Assembly: GCA_963664225.1 (NCBI GenBank)
Contig: OY760937.1
Span: 3,520,001 to 3,584,000 of the forward strand
Direction: 5' to 3'
Source: Verrucomicrobiia bacterium
Lineage (GTDB): Bacteria > Verrucomicrobiota > Verrucomicrobiia > Limisphaerales > UBA1319
DNA length: 64,000 nucleotides
The position numbers and the translations under genes were made by a program. Of the stretch, positions 9,817 through 19,494 are shown piece after piece; the first letter of the stretch is position 1; each line of letters begins with the position of its first letter. The notes below the pieces were generated by a model that was not told the origin of the DNA, searched no databases, and worked only from the letters and a program-made list of their open reading frames with translations.

Positions 9817-9934
9817 TTTTTTTCGCTGACCTTTGACCTCTGGCCTCTGACCTCTGGCCTGCCCGGATACCCGCGATTCCGGACCAAGCCCATGCGGTGA
9901 CAGGCATGCGTCGAACTGGTTTTGGTGGAGGTTC

Positions 9935-10258
9935 TTAGAGCTTCAACCAGCGTCCAAGCGCGGCTTTCACTTCACTCACGACGCGAGGATCAAACTTTCC
10001 AGGAGCTTTGCGGACGAATTCGGTGAATTTCACCGGTTGGATGCTCTGGACGTTGATATAGCTTTGCTCCGGCAACCACGGCACACGGGGCAGGGAGACT
10101 TCGTAAGCGGTGTCTTCAAATTGTCTGGTGATCAAAACCACGCTGGCCAGTGCCAGTCGCGCATCGGTTTGAGCCGCCAACACAAGCGCGTAACGCGGTT
10201 TGCCAACCAGGCCCAAGTCAATGAACCAAACTTCATCGGGTTGTGGGACCGTCTTCAC
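9935..10258 (-). CDS. PemK/MazF-family toxin
   Basis: PQPDEVWFIDLGLVGKPRYALVL...SYINVQSIQPV. Confidence 0.85.
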   Translation of the reverse strand: MKTVPQPDEVWFIDLGLVGKPRYALVLAAQTDARLALASVVLITRQFEDTAYEVSLPRVPWLPEQSYINVQSIQPVKFTEFVRKAPGKFDPRVVSEVKAALGRWLKL

Positions 10259-10260
10259 TC

Positions 10261-10479
10261 TTAGAATTCATCAGCCAGACTATTGCGGCGGGCGGCAGCG
10301 CTCAAAACCTCGTCTTCCGGGCTGTCTGCCTGGACGGGGAACGGGATTGCACGGCGCTTTATGATCTGTTTGTAGAACAACTCCAATGCCGCCCGTGGTT
10401 TCAGTCCGATCTCCTCCAAGACGGCTTCAGCCTGGCGTTTTAGTTCGGGGTCAATACGGCTCTTGGCTATTGCGCTCAT
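10261..10479 (-). CDS. RelB/DinJ-family antitoxin (72 aa)
   Basis: SRIDPELKRQAEAVLEEIGL...FYKQIIKRRAIPF. Start ATG 10479 lies 6 nt after TTGACA-17-CACATT. Confidence 0.85.
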   Translation of the reverse strand: MSAIAKSRIDPELKRQAEAVLEEIGLKPRAALELFYKQIIKRRAIPFPVQADSPEDEVLSAAARRNSLADEF

Positions 10480-10669
10480 GTACACAATGTGGCCCAAACG
10501 TGTCTTTCTGTCAATCAGCCTCATGACGCCGACCTGAGGCCTGCGATCCCTGCCGGGATCGGGTTCAATGCTGCGCAATCACCCGGTGGTGTCGCTGCGC
10601 TCACCGACCGGCTAATGGCTGCAAACCCTCCGGGTTGGTCAGAGCCTGCCCTCTGACTTTGCTATTCTT

Positions 10670-11285
10670 GACTACGGACTAGGGACCAGGGACTACGGAC
10701 GTTTTTTGCCGCCCCTCTCCACAATCCTCTCTCCCCGTTCGTGCCTCACGAGGCGAGGAAGAAAAATAGGACGGGCGGTTTTCCCGGGGTAGTTCGTGCC
10801 TCGCAACCCCGGTCTGAATGATTTAATCCCTTCGGGATAAAGAGATTTCAGTGTTTTTCCACGACTACGGACAAAGGACCAGGGACTACGGACGTTTTCT
10901 GCCGCCCCTCTCCACATTCCTCTCCCCGTTCGTGCCTCACGGGGCGAGGAAGAAAAATAGGACGGGCGGTTTTCCCGGGGTAGCTCGTGCCTCGCAACCC
11001 CGGTCTGAATGATTTAATCCCTTCGGGATAAGGAGATTGCAGTGCTTTTTCCCGACTACGGACTAAGGACCAAGGACTAGGGACGTTTTTTGCCGCCCCT
11101 CTCCACAATCCTCTCCCCGTTCGTGCCTCACGAGGCGAGGAAGAAAAACAGGACGGGCGGTTTTCCCGGGGTAGCTCGTGCCTCGCAACCCCGGTCTGAA
11201 TGATTTAATCCCTTCGGGATAAAGAGATTTCAGTGATTTTCCACGACTACGGACTAAGGACCAGGGACTACGGACGTATTTTGCC
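10670..11285. repeat. Tandem repeat of about 191 bp (3 full units plus a partial)
   Basis: Units start at 10670, 10863, 11054 and 11245. Each is a GACTACG/GACCAGG heptamer tract plus three hairpins. Confidence 0.95.
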
Positions 11286-11696
11286 ATACGCTTTTTGAGT
11301 GCGCATGACGGCCAGTCCATACAAGCTCCAAAAGCAAATTGCGCCCAGGCTGTTGGCAATGATGTCACCGAATTCGAACGAGCGATGGTAGTTGACCATG
11401 ACGCCCTGGATGACCTCCATCAGGATGCCGTAACCGATGGCTCCGACCAGAATGAGGCGATACCCGGGTTTGAATGACCAATGTGCGGAGGCGGTCCAGC
11501 GCGCGATGGCCACCAGTCCGCCGTAGAGCAGGAAGTGAAAGAGTTTGTCGAGGTGGGGAAATGGCAGAAGCCGATACAGGCCTGTAAAAACCCTGGCAGG
11601 AGCCAGTGAAGCCCAGGTGACCAGGACCATGTACGCGATGAGGACCGCCCAGCGGAGCGGCGGTGAAACGGGGAAGGAACGGATTATCCACCGCAT
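11268..11696 (-). CDS. VanZ-family membrane protein
   Basis: HLDKLFHFLLYGGL, YGILMEVIQ, RSFEFGDIIANSLG. Confidence 0.9.
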   Translation of the reverse strand: MRWIIRSFPVSPPLRWAVLIAYMVLVTWASLAPARVFTGLYRLLPFPHLDKLFHFLLYGGLVAIARWTASAHWSFKPGYRLILVGAIGYGILMEVIQGVMVNYHRSFEFGDIIANSLGAICFWSLYGLAVMRTQKAYGKIRP

Positions 11697-11750
11697 GGAA
11701 GTTTAAAAAACGTAAAGTGCTATGGGCGAAGCGGCAAGGGCGTTCAAAAT

Positions 11751-11858
11751 AGAGGTCAAACGTCAGAGATCAGAGGTCAGGCGGCAAAAATCAACATCCA
11801 ATGGCAATTGGACGAAGGACAGTCAAACCAGAGATCTGAGACGTCAGATGTCAGAGAT
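11751..11858 (+). repeat. AGAGGTC-type heptamer tracts at the left edge of the polysaccharide block
   Basis: AGAGGTC AAACGTC AGAGATC AGAGGTC, and AGACGTC AGATGTC AGAGATG abutting the stop at 11860. Confidence 0.8.
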
Positions 11859-11859
11859 G

Positions 11860-13026
11860 TTACGCCACACACACCCGGCCGACATATTCTTTGACCTTGG
11901 ATACGATGTATTCAAGTTCCTCATTAGAGAGCGACGGGTAAACGGGCAGGGAAACGCAACCGTGCCAATGTTTCTCCGCATTCGGGAAATCGTCCGGTTT
12001 AAGTCCATAGCGCTCGCGGTAATAGGTCATCCGATGCAGTGGCTTGTAATGGACCGAGGTGCCGATCCCAGCTTCGGCCAGCAGTTCGATAAGGTGGTTT
12101 CTCAAGACCGGGGCTCCCTCTTTCAGAACGACCCAGAACAGGTGGCACGAGTGATCCGCCAGCGGTACCCCAATCAAGGGCAAATCCAGCCATTCGCAGT
12201 CCGCGAGATTCTTTAAGTAATACTCGAAACAGCGCTGGCGTTCCTGACGCATCACCTCAGCCCGTTCCAACTGTGCCAGCCCGATTGCAGCGTTAATGTC
12301 CGGCATGTTATATTTGAACCCGGGGGCCACCACGTCGTATTCCCAGGACGGCTTGTCGCTGGTGAAGCGGTTCCAAATGTCGCGATCGATGCCGTGCAAC
12401 CGCATGGTTTTGGCGCGCTTGTAGATGGACTCATCATTCGTGACCAACATGCCGCCTTCACCGGTCGTGATCGTTTTGTTGGCGTAAAAACTGAAACAGG
12501 TAACGTCACCGAAACTCCCCACCACTCGTCCATTGAGCCGGGTGGGAAAGGCGTGTGCCGCGTCCTCGATCACTTTGACGCCATGCGAACGGCAAACACT
12601 CAAAATGCCAGGCATGTCCGCCGCCTGACCTCCAAAATGGACCACCATCACGGCCTTTACCATTTGATTCTGCGCCAGCGCCTTCTCCAAAAGCTCCGGC
12701 GTCAGCAGACAACTTCCATACTCCACATCCAAAAAGATCGGATCGGCTCCCAGATACCGAATAATTTCAGCCGTGGCTGTGAACGTGAGGGTCGGGACCA
12801 ACACCTTGTCGCCAGGTCCAATGCCGATCGCTTCCAGTGCGAGGTGAAGGGCGGCCGTGCATGAATTTACAGCACAGGCATATTTTCCACCCACAGACGC
12901 GGAAAAGCGGTGCTCGAACTCGAGCGCCTTTCCGGCGGTGGTGAGCCAACCGCTGCGCAATACCTGCTGAACATAATTCAGCTCCTCACCGTCACAATCA
13001 ATTTTTGAAAAAGGAATTCGGCTCAT
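11860..13026 (-). CDS. DegT/DnrJ/EryC1/StrS sugar aminotransferase
   Basis: NSCTAALHLAL, IEDAAHA, FSFYANKTITTGEGG (PLP lysine). Confidence 0.95.
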   Translation of the reverse strand: MSRIPFSKIDCDGEELNYVQQVLRSGWLTTAGKALEFEHRFSASVGGKYACAVNSCTAALHLALEAIGIGPGDKVLVPTLTFTATAEIIRYLGADPIFLDVEYGSCLLTPELLEKALAQNQMVKAVMVVHFGGQAADMPGILSVCRSHGVKVIEDAAHAFPTRLNGRVVGSFGDVTCFSFYANKTITTGEGGMLVTNDESIYKRAKTMRLHGIDRDIWNRFTSDKPSWEYDVVAPGFKYNMPDINAAIGLAQLERAEVMRQERQRCFEYYLKNLADCEWLDLPLIGVPLADHSCHLFWVVLKEGAPVLRNHLIELLAEAGIGTSVHYKPLHRMTYYRERYGLKPDDFPNAEKHWHGCVSLPVYPSLSNEELEYIVSKVKEYVGRVCVA

Positions 13027-13037
13027 GGAAAATTCAA

Positions 13038-14342
13038 TCAGGAATTTGCAATAGCCTGATTATTAAAAGGGGTTTGTTTGATGGCGACATCTCTAGCCTG
13101 TGCCTCGGTTTTTATATGAATCGCATCTCGCGCTGCTTCCGCACGAGCAATGGCTTCGTCTGCCGTTGGTCCTTCCGCAATCACATGACCTACTCGCGAC
13201 AAGCTGGATGAAATCTCGGGCACAAAATCTCCGATTTTTGTGTCCAATTGAACGATCTGCACTCCGGGCATGGAACGTGCCTGCTCCACGCCCATTATGT
13301 TGGAGACTACTCCGGGTAAGGGCGTCAAATAGCGAATCGCCACCCCCTGAGGGGCATGATGAGGCTTCAGATCCGGTTCCTCGCCGAGTGCCAGGCTGAT
13401 TGCTGCCGCCACCATGTCAATTCCAGTGCTCCGCGGAACCAATTCCGTCGTGATGAAATCGCCACCGAGGCGCGCGCCAATCTCCATCAAAAACGGGCCT
13501 TCCGGCGTTAGCTTGACTTCGGCATGCGCGGCGGACCAATTGATTCCGAGTGCCTTCACACCCTTCAGCGCAGCATCCACCACCTTTTGGCGAGCATCCG
13601 AAGAAAAACGGGTCGGTTGGCTGTGGCCCGTCTCTACAAAATGGGGACTCCCAGTGGTGACCTTGTCGGTCACAGCAAGCACCTCATATCGACCGTTCCA
13701 CGACAATATTTCCACGCTAAATTCCGGGCCGTCCACAAAATGTTCCACTACAACAGAATGATCCCTGCTCTGCTCCAGAGCCTCGCGGAATGCACGAACT
13801 ACCATGCTGTCCGTAATCCCCGGTCCCAATCGGGTGATGCCGCGGCTGCCGCTGTTCCGGGAAGGCTTCATGATCACAGGCAATATAACAATCCCAACCG
13901 CATTGAGAGCTCCATCAAGAGTTACAGCTTCAACCGACTGCGGGCTGGGTGCACTGCCTGCTTCAAAAGCACGCCGCATCTGCACTTTATTAGTGGCGCG
14001 GGCCACGGTGGCACAGTCAGGACCAGCCAAATGCAGTGTTTCATTGATTAACCCGAGCGAGTTCATCGCAACTTCCGAGCAGATATGGATGACTCCATGC
14101 ACCTTTTCCCGGATTGCCACATCGAGGCATGCCTTGGGGTTGCTTATATCGACAACAACTGGCAGATCAGCGAGTGGAAGTCCTGGAGCCGCAGAATTGC
14201 CATCCAGCACAACTACACGCAATCCCATACGTTTCGCGGTTTTGATCGCCGGGATTTGCAGCGGGCCCGCTCCCAAGACCATTAAGGTTCGTTTCACACG
14301 TTGGCAAAAATATTGGCTATACGGGAACAACGAAGTGTCCAT
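13038..14342 (-). CDS. ATP-grasp ligase (L-amino-acid-ligase-like)
   Basis: NKVQMR, IMKPSRNSGSRGI, EHFVDGPEFSVE, HAEVKL, MEIGARLGG. Confidence 0.9.
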   Translation of the reverse strand: MDTSLFPYSQYFCQRVKRTLMVLGAGPLQIPAIKTAKRMGLRVVVLDGNSAAPGLPLADLPVVVDISNPKACLDVAIREKVHGVIHICSEVAMNSLGLINETLHLAGPDCATVARATNKVQMRRAFEAGSAPSPQSVEAVTLDGALNAVGIVILPVIMKPSRNSGSRGITRLGPGITDSMVVRAFREALEQSRDHSVVVEHFVDGPEFSVEILSWNGRYEVLAVTDKVTTGSPHFVETGHSQPTRFSSDARQKVVDAALKGVKALGINWSAAHAEVKLTPEGPFLMEIGARLGGDFITTELVPRSTGIDMVAAAISLALGEEPDLKPHHAPQGVAIRYLTPLPGVVSNIMGVEQARSMPGVQIVQLDTKIGDFVPEISSSLSRVGHVIAEGPTADEAIARAEAARDAIHIKTEAQARDVAIKQTPFNNQAIANS

Positions 14343-14456
14343 TATCGTCGCCTAAGGCCAAAAACCAAGTTTGATTAATATGGATACTTAAATTCGAAAA
14401 CCGTCGGATTTGAACAAAGCACTACTGGAGAGCAACCGAAAGAGGGAGAACTCACC

Positions 14457-15179
14457 TCAAAATTCATTTTCGGCATCCAATTCTACAAATCGGATATTGT
14501 TAAGATACCGGGCTAAAATCCGACGAGTTAATTGTGCCCCAAACACAATATAAACGGGCGTCAAAACAACAATAAGAAAGTCCAGAAGCAAGCTCTGATG
14601 CTGGACATAGGCGGCTTCCACCTCATACAGGCATTCATTCTCAAGGTGCCGTCCGCCTACAACCGCAGCCAGGCCAGTGATGCCCGGACGCACCCTCAAA
14701 CGCTCATAGGCAGTGGCGCTGTATGTTTGCTCATATTTCGGCTGGCCCGAACGTGGTCCGACAAATGACATGTCACCTCGGATGACATTGATAATCTGGG
14801 GTGTTTCATCCAAGTGTAATATCCGAAGAATTCTCCCCACCGAAGTGAGACGCGGGTCTGACTTACCCACGATCAGCTTTCCGCTGCTGCTAAGCAGCGG
14901 CTTGGCATTATGTTTCATTGAACGGAATTTCAACATTTCATATACCTTCCCGCCCCAGCCAAGGCGGCTGTCTCCATAAAAAACTGGACCCGGACTGGTT
15001 AGCTTGACCAAGGCCGCAACAAGAAGCATCGGAAATCCCAGAAGGAGGGAAAACAACACGGAGAGAACCAGATCTACTAAGCGCTTACCCGGCCAAGGAG
15101 AAACCAGAATGATTTCACGACCAAGAGGGGTTACTACAGTTTTCATTACGAAACGGATTCCAGAAGCAACCGAGTGCAT
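14457..15179 (-). CDS. Initiating phosphoglycosyl (sugar) transferase
   Basis: KRLVDL, SPGPVFY, KFRSM, DPRLTSVGRILR, LDETPQ, GDMSFVGPR. The real start is probably at MKTVV (about 15146). Confidence 0.92.
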   Translation of the reverse strand: MHSVASGIRFVMKTVVTPLGREIILVSPWPGKRLVDLVLSVLFSLLLGFPMLLVAALVKLTSPGPVFYGDSRLGWGGKVYEMLKFRSMKHNAKPLLSSSGKLIVGKSDPRLTSVGRILRILHLDETPQIINVIRGDMSFVGPRSGQPKYEQTYSATAYERLRVRPGITGLAAVVGGRHLENECLYEVEAAYVQHQSLLLDFLIVVLTPVYIVFGAQLTRRILARYLNNIRFVELDAENEF

Positions 15180-16369
15180 TGGGCCGTGCCAGATGCACGG
15201 GAGAATCGGTCTTCAAAAAGTTTGCGCGCCGCCCTGCCTGTTTCAACTCTGGTTTCGAAATCCAACAGCTCTTCAACGGCAACCTGGAATCCTACCGCGT
15301 CTTGAGATGCGCAAACACGACCACAATGACCGGCGCGAATATACCGCGCGATGTCACAGTCGGCATCCACACTGGCCAAGACTGGAAGCCCGGCAGCAAG
15401 ATATCCCAAGACCTTACTTGGCACACTGTTTTTTCCGGCTCCGGGAAGAAGCGTCACCAGCCCTATATCCGCACTATGAAAGACTTCGCTCAACCGATCC
15501 TCTGGTTGAAAGGGGAGAAACCGGACATTTTCCAGTCCTTGCTCTGTAGCTCTAGCTTGGAGTTCGCGCTTGAGCGCCCCTTCTCCGACAAACAAGAAAA
15601 GAATCCGGCTCTGAGACTTAACTCTGGACGCTACGTCAAGGACGAGACCGCCCCCACTGATCAAACCAATGGTGCCGGCATACAGGATAACCAGTGCATC
15701 GGCGTCGATATGATTTTCCTCGCGCCAGTTAGCGGCTCGGCCCTGAGGCTGAACTCGACTAGCCTCAAGCCATAGAGGAACAATTCCGATTTTGCCCTCT
15801 GAAATGCCGCGTTGCACCAATGTTTCTTTCTGCCGTTGCCCGATCACCCGGATACGCGCCGCATGTCTACAAACCCATGTGTCCATTTTGAGCGCCATTC
15901 GGAACAATAGCCCGTCTCTGATGGCTTTTGCCTCAAGTGCGGCTTCAGGATAAATATCGAAAATTCCATACACATAGCGCGCTCTCCGTAAACGAGCGGC
16001 CAGGCAAAGGGCAAGCGGACCTGTTAACGGAACTGTGTTGGAATAGACAAGGTCCACCTTGGGGCCAAATAACACCGCCAGAAAAGAAGAAAGGCTGAAG
16101 CTCAACCAATAAGCAATTCGCTTCCGTGCGGATTTATTTCCGGGCAGAAAATGCCAGATACGTTGAACAGGCACTCCATTATCCACTTCGTTTCCGCAAC
16201 ACTTCCGCTTGTAACCTGGAAACAGCTTCCCCTTCGGATGATTGGGCCAGCCGGTCAACACCCGAACCTCGTGCCCACTTCTGAGGAGGTCCGTAGCCCA
16301 TTCATGGGTCATGATTCCTGCAGGGGCATTCTCCGGCGGGAAAACCGCGCAAACCAACAAAACACGCAT
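15146..16369 (-). CDS. GT4 glycosyltransferase (WbuB-like)
   Basis: FPPE, TGWPNHP, DIYPE, LYAGTIG, VPSKVLGYLAAGLPV. Confidence 0.9.
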   Translation of the reverse strand: MRVLLVCAVFPPENAPAGIMTHEWATDLLRSGHEVRVLTGWPNHPKGKLFPGYKRKCCGNEVDNGVPVQRIWHFLPGNKSARKRIAYWLSFSLSSFLAVLFGPKVDLVYSNTVPLTGPLALCLAARLRRARYVYGIFDIYPEAALEAKAIRDGLLFRMALKMDTWVCRHAARIRVIGQRQKETLVQRGISEGKIGIVPLWLEASRVQPQGRAANWREENHIDADALVILYAGTIGLISGGGLVLDVASRVKSQSRILFLFVGEGALKRELQARATEQGLENVRFLPFQPEDRLSEVFHSADIGLVTLLPGAGKNSVPSKVLGYLAAGLPVLASVDADCDIARYIRAGHCGRVCASQDAVGFQVAVEELLDFETRVETGRAARKLFEDRFSRASGTAQCTRLLLESVS

Positions 16370-16403
16370 CTGAACAGATTCTTTTACCGGATTTTCCGCC
16401 TAT

Positions 16404-17408
16404 TTAGCATCCGGACTTGCCTTCACGCCTGATCAAGTGTGGGAATCGTTTGAGCTCCATCTCCATTTTGTAATCTTCCAGCATCCTTAAATAAGGATAG
16501 TGGATGGTGTAGCCCAAATCCCGTTGAGCCTTGGAAATGTCATAGAGGTAGGTATGAACTTCGTTTGGCTTGGTCGGGTTGTTTACGACCGGAACCTCGT
16601 GCCCTGGAGGCGAAAAGACCTTCGCAATGCCCTTCGCCTCTTCCTCAAGCGTAGTGCGTACACCGGAAGCAATATTGTACAATCCCGACGCCTTTGCACT
16701 GTGAATGGCTGAAACATATGCATTAGCCACATCCTTCACATAGACCAAATCGCGCCCCTTGCTCCAATCACCCCAAACTTCTAAAGGTTCGCCAGCCATT
16801 GCGCGCAGTATGAACCGTTTGAAACCAGTCACGTGCAATTGGCCGTTCGAATAGATCTCTGTATGCGGGCCATAGCCATATACAGCCGGAAGACGAAAAC
16901 TTAGGGTTTGCAGCCCAAACTCTTGCCGGTAATGTTCGGTGAGATCTATTCCTGCGATTTTGCTTATGATATAGACCGCATGATCTCCTGTTAGGCTGAT
17001 GCTGCGAGCATCCTCTTCACGGATCGGCCGCCCAGAATCCCAAAGCCTAGCCACATCCGAATGAGATGTGGTGTTGATGAATATTTTCGCCTTGCAACGA
17101 CGAGCATATTCCAGAGCGTTGAGTGTACCAGTCAGGTTTATATCGATATAGCTCTGTGGATTGTAATCGACGACATTTGCAGGCACCAGCGCAGAGAGAA
17201 GAACGACTGCGGTCACATCCTTGGACGGAAGACGGTCGAAATCCCTGGCCTTAGTCATATTAATCTCGATCCAGGGGATCCGCAATTGCTTATAAAATGA
17301 AGAAGCCTGTGGGTTCCTCCCGCATGCAATAACGGGCTCTTTGCGTTTCAACAACTCATCCGTAAGATAAGTACCAATGAATCCGGAAGCTCCAAGCAAA
17401 ATGATCAT
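16404..17408 (-). CDS. NAD-dependent epimerase/dehydratase
   Basis: GASGFIG, YIISK, RDLVYVKDVA. Confidence 0.92.
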   Translation of the reverse strand: MIILLGASGFIGTYLTDELLKRKEPVIACGRNPQASSFYKQLRIPWIEINMTKARDFDRLPSKDVTAVVLLSALVPANVVDYNPQSYIDINLTGTLNALEYARRCKAKIFINTTSHSDVARLWDSGRPIREEDARSISLTGDHAVYIISKIAGIDLTEHYRQEFGLQTLSFRLPAVYGYGPHTEIYSNGQLHVTGFKRFILRAMAGEPLEVWGDWSKGRDLVYVKDVANAYVSAIHSAKASGLYNIASGVRTTLEEEAKGIAKVFSPPGHEVPVVNNPTKPNEVHTYLYDISKAQRDLGYTIHYPYLRMLEDYKMEMELKRFPHLIRREGKSGC

Positions 17409-17676
17409 TTGAGAATAATAGTTTTTTCGAACTTGGATAATTTCGTAAAAGGAGAAAGAATCTCTTCGCCAACCGACTTATTTGCTCAAGTAAAGCTTAT
17501 TCGTAACAAACCGAGCTTTCGGAGAATTATAAGAAGCCAAACAGACTACGAAAAAGTCGTCCTTCCCCGCCAAATCCCGCCCCATTTGTGCCGGAACCAC
17601 CTGCTCAGGGGGGACAAATCGCATTGACGATGGCGATATTGAACATCAGTTCTTGGTTACGGCTTGCTAATGAGAA

Positions 17677-18228
17677 TCAAACTACGAGACCGCAATTCTG
17701 CCGAATACCAATTTCACGGGCAGGATTTCCGCCGACAATGGACCATGGCTTAACCGGTTTTATAACGACAGATCCGAGTGCCGCAACAGATCCTTCCCCT
17801 AGCGTCACCCCAAAGCATACCATGGCTTTTGCGCAGACCCATGATTTGCTCCCGAGCTTGATTGGTGCAGTGATTAACGTAAAATCGGCATTATGAACAT
17901 CATGACTTGCTGTACAAAGATAACCGTATTGACTTACAATAGCATCTTCTTCCAGCGTAACCATGGCAACATTATAGCAATCGACATCTTCGGCCAACTG
18001 GCTTCGTGCCTTCATTATTAGATTCCATGGAGCCCATACTTTTGCGGTATTATAGACTCGAGCTGTTGAGGCGATTTGAGCGCCAAAACAAATCAAGAGA
18101 AAACGCCGCCATGAAAATAAAAACCGCGGAGATGGACGAAATAAAAGCAACCATACGGATGACCAAATGTATCGGCGCAGTTGCTGACGAAATAAAAACG
18201 GGCTTTTAATTCGAGCTGAGCGTGACAT
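17677..18228 (-). CDS. WcaF-like hexapeptide acetyltransferase
   Basis: LFRPSP...WRRFLL..FGA, APWNL, LCTASHD, GGNPA. Confidence 0.88.
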   Translation of the reverse strand: MSRSARIKSPFLFRQQLRRYIWSSVWLLLFRPSPRFLFSWRRFLLICFGAQIASTARVYNTAKVWAPWNLIMKARSQLAEDVDCYNVAMVTLEEDAIVSQYGYLCTASHDVHNADFTLITAPIKLGSKSWVCAKAMVCFGVTLGEGSVAALGSVVIKPVKPWSIVGGNPAREIGIRQNCGLVV

Positions 18229-18234
18229 CTTGAA

Positions 18235-19464
18235 TTAATCAATGTGAATACAGGCGGGCGGCGTTCCGCCGCCGAGAATCCACTTGTAAACGTCCGTCAT
18301 TTGAGCGGCGATTCGGGACCACACGAAACGATCTTCCACCAGGCGCCGACCTCTTATCCCCATCTCAACTCGATCCGCTTGCGACATGTCGGCGAGTTGA
18401 TGCAATCCCGCTTGGAGGCTTTCCAGATTTGTTTCCACCCGAATGGCGCAATCATTTTCAAAACCTTCAGGCAAATTGCATTCCGGAGTCATCAGGACCG
18501 GCTTCCCGTACGACCAGGCCTCCAGCACGGCCATGGGGAGTCCTTCACTGTACGAAGGAAGAACAAATGCATCGCAATTTGTGAAGCACAATTCCTTTTG
18601 CGCGCCATGTTTTGGGCCAACGAATATTAACTCATTGGAATCCACCTCTTGCTGCCAATCATTATCCTCGGTTTCACCACAGTCAGAATATTGAATACCC
18701 AAATCATCGGCCAGCGTCTTAAGCTGCTCCTTGTGTCCCACTTCGCTCCATCCCGCAATGACTAAAGTCCAGCCATTTAACTGCGCCATTTTCCATGCTC
18801 TGACCAAGTCAAGAAGTCCCTTCTTGGGATGAATGCGCCCTAAATAAAGGAGAACGTTCTGTCTTCTCTTGTTAAATGTGGCTTGCCTGTTCCAGGCATC
18901 TGGGGCGATTCCAGGCAAACAGGTTCCATTTGGAATAATACACACTGGATTATTAAGACCAAAGGATCGGACTGACTGCAGTTCAGCATTGTTTAGCGCA
19001 TGAATACATCGTGCCCTCTTCAGACTTTTTTTAGCGTAAAGGATCAATGCGAGGTATTTCTTCCATTTTGAATAATTTAAAGCCCAAGGATCTATCTGCC
19101 CATGGGGGGAGACAAGATAAGGAATCCTTTTTCCCGGATCCAATTGATTTATCATTAGAGACTGGTAGCCCCATATCGAAACACTATGGAAAATATCCAG
19201 CCGAGAATGCTCAATGGCATGCCTCATGTTTGGGGCATAGCCGAAGCGTTTCGGCCCTTTTAGGCAATATTCGTGAATAGGAACGCCACCCCACAAATGC
19301 CGATCTGCTAGCGAAAATTCGTCTTGCGTCCCAAATACGTTGATACGATTTGATCGAATTTGCAACAAGGATTGAGTCAGACCGGTCACTGCCCCTAGCA
19401 CCCCGCCAGCCATTCTGGAGACGGAACCCATTATGAAACCTATTTCAGTCCTTTGGTGCATCAC
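18235..19464 (-). CDS. GT4 glycosyltransferase
   Basis: SPHG, YLGRIHPKKG, PSYSEGLPMAVLEA. Confidence 0.92.
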   Translation of the reverse strand: MMHQRTEIGFIMGSVSRMAGGVLGAVTGLTQSLLQIRSNRINVFGTQDEFSLADRHLWGGVPIHEYCLKGPKRFGYAPNMRHAIEHSRLDIFHSVSIWGYQSLMINQLDPGKRIPYLVSPHGQIDPWALNYSKWKKYLALILYAKKSLKRARCIHALNNAELQSVRSFGLNNPVCIIPNGTCLPGIAPDAWNRQATFNKRRQNVLLYLGRIHPKKGLLDLVRAWKMAQLNGWTLVIAGWSEVGHKEQLKTLADDLGIQYSDCGETEDNDWQQEVDSNELIFVGPKHGAQKELCFTNCDAFVLPSYSEGLPMAVLEAWSYGKPVLMTPECNLPEGFENDCAIRVETNLESLQAGLHQLADMSQADRVEMGIRGRRLVEDRFVWSRIAAQMTDVYKWILGGGTPPACIHID

Positions 19465-19494
19465 CGGTCTTTATTCTTTTTTGTGATATTCTCT

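Noticed and set aside
10670..11285. CRISPR array or type III antitoxin RNA
   Set aside because: Units are ~191 bp with no unique spacers, no cas genes are present, and the adjacent toxin has a protein antitoxin.
9629..11368. Repeated ORFs (SLYPEGIKSFRPGLRG...)
   Set aside because: They are translations of the repeat in inconsistent frames, without plausible starts.
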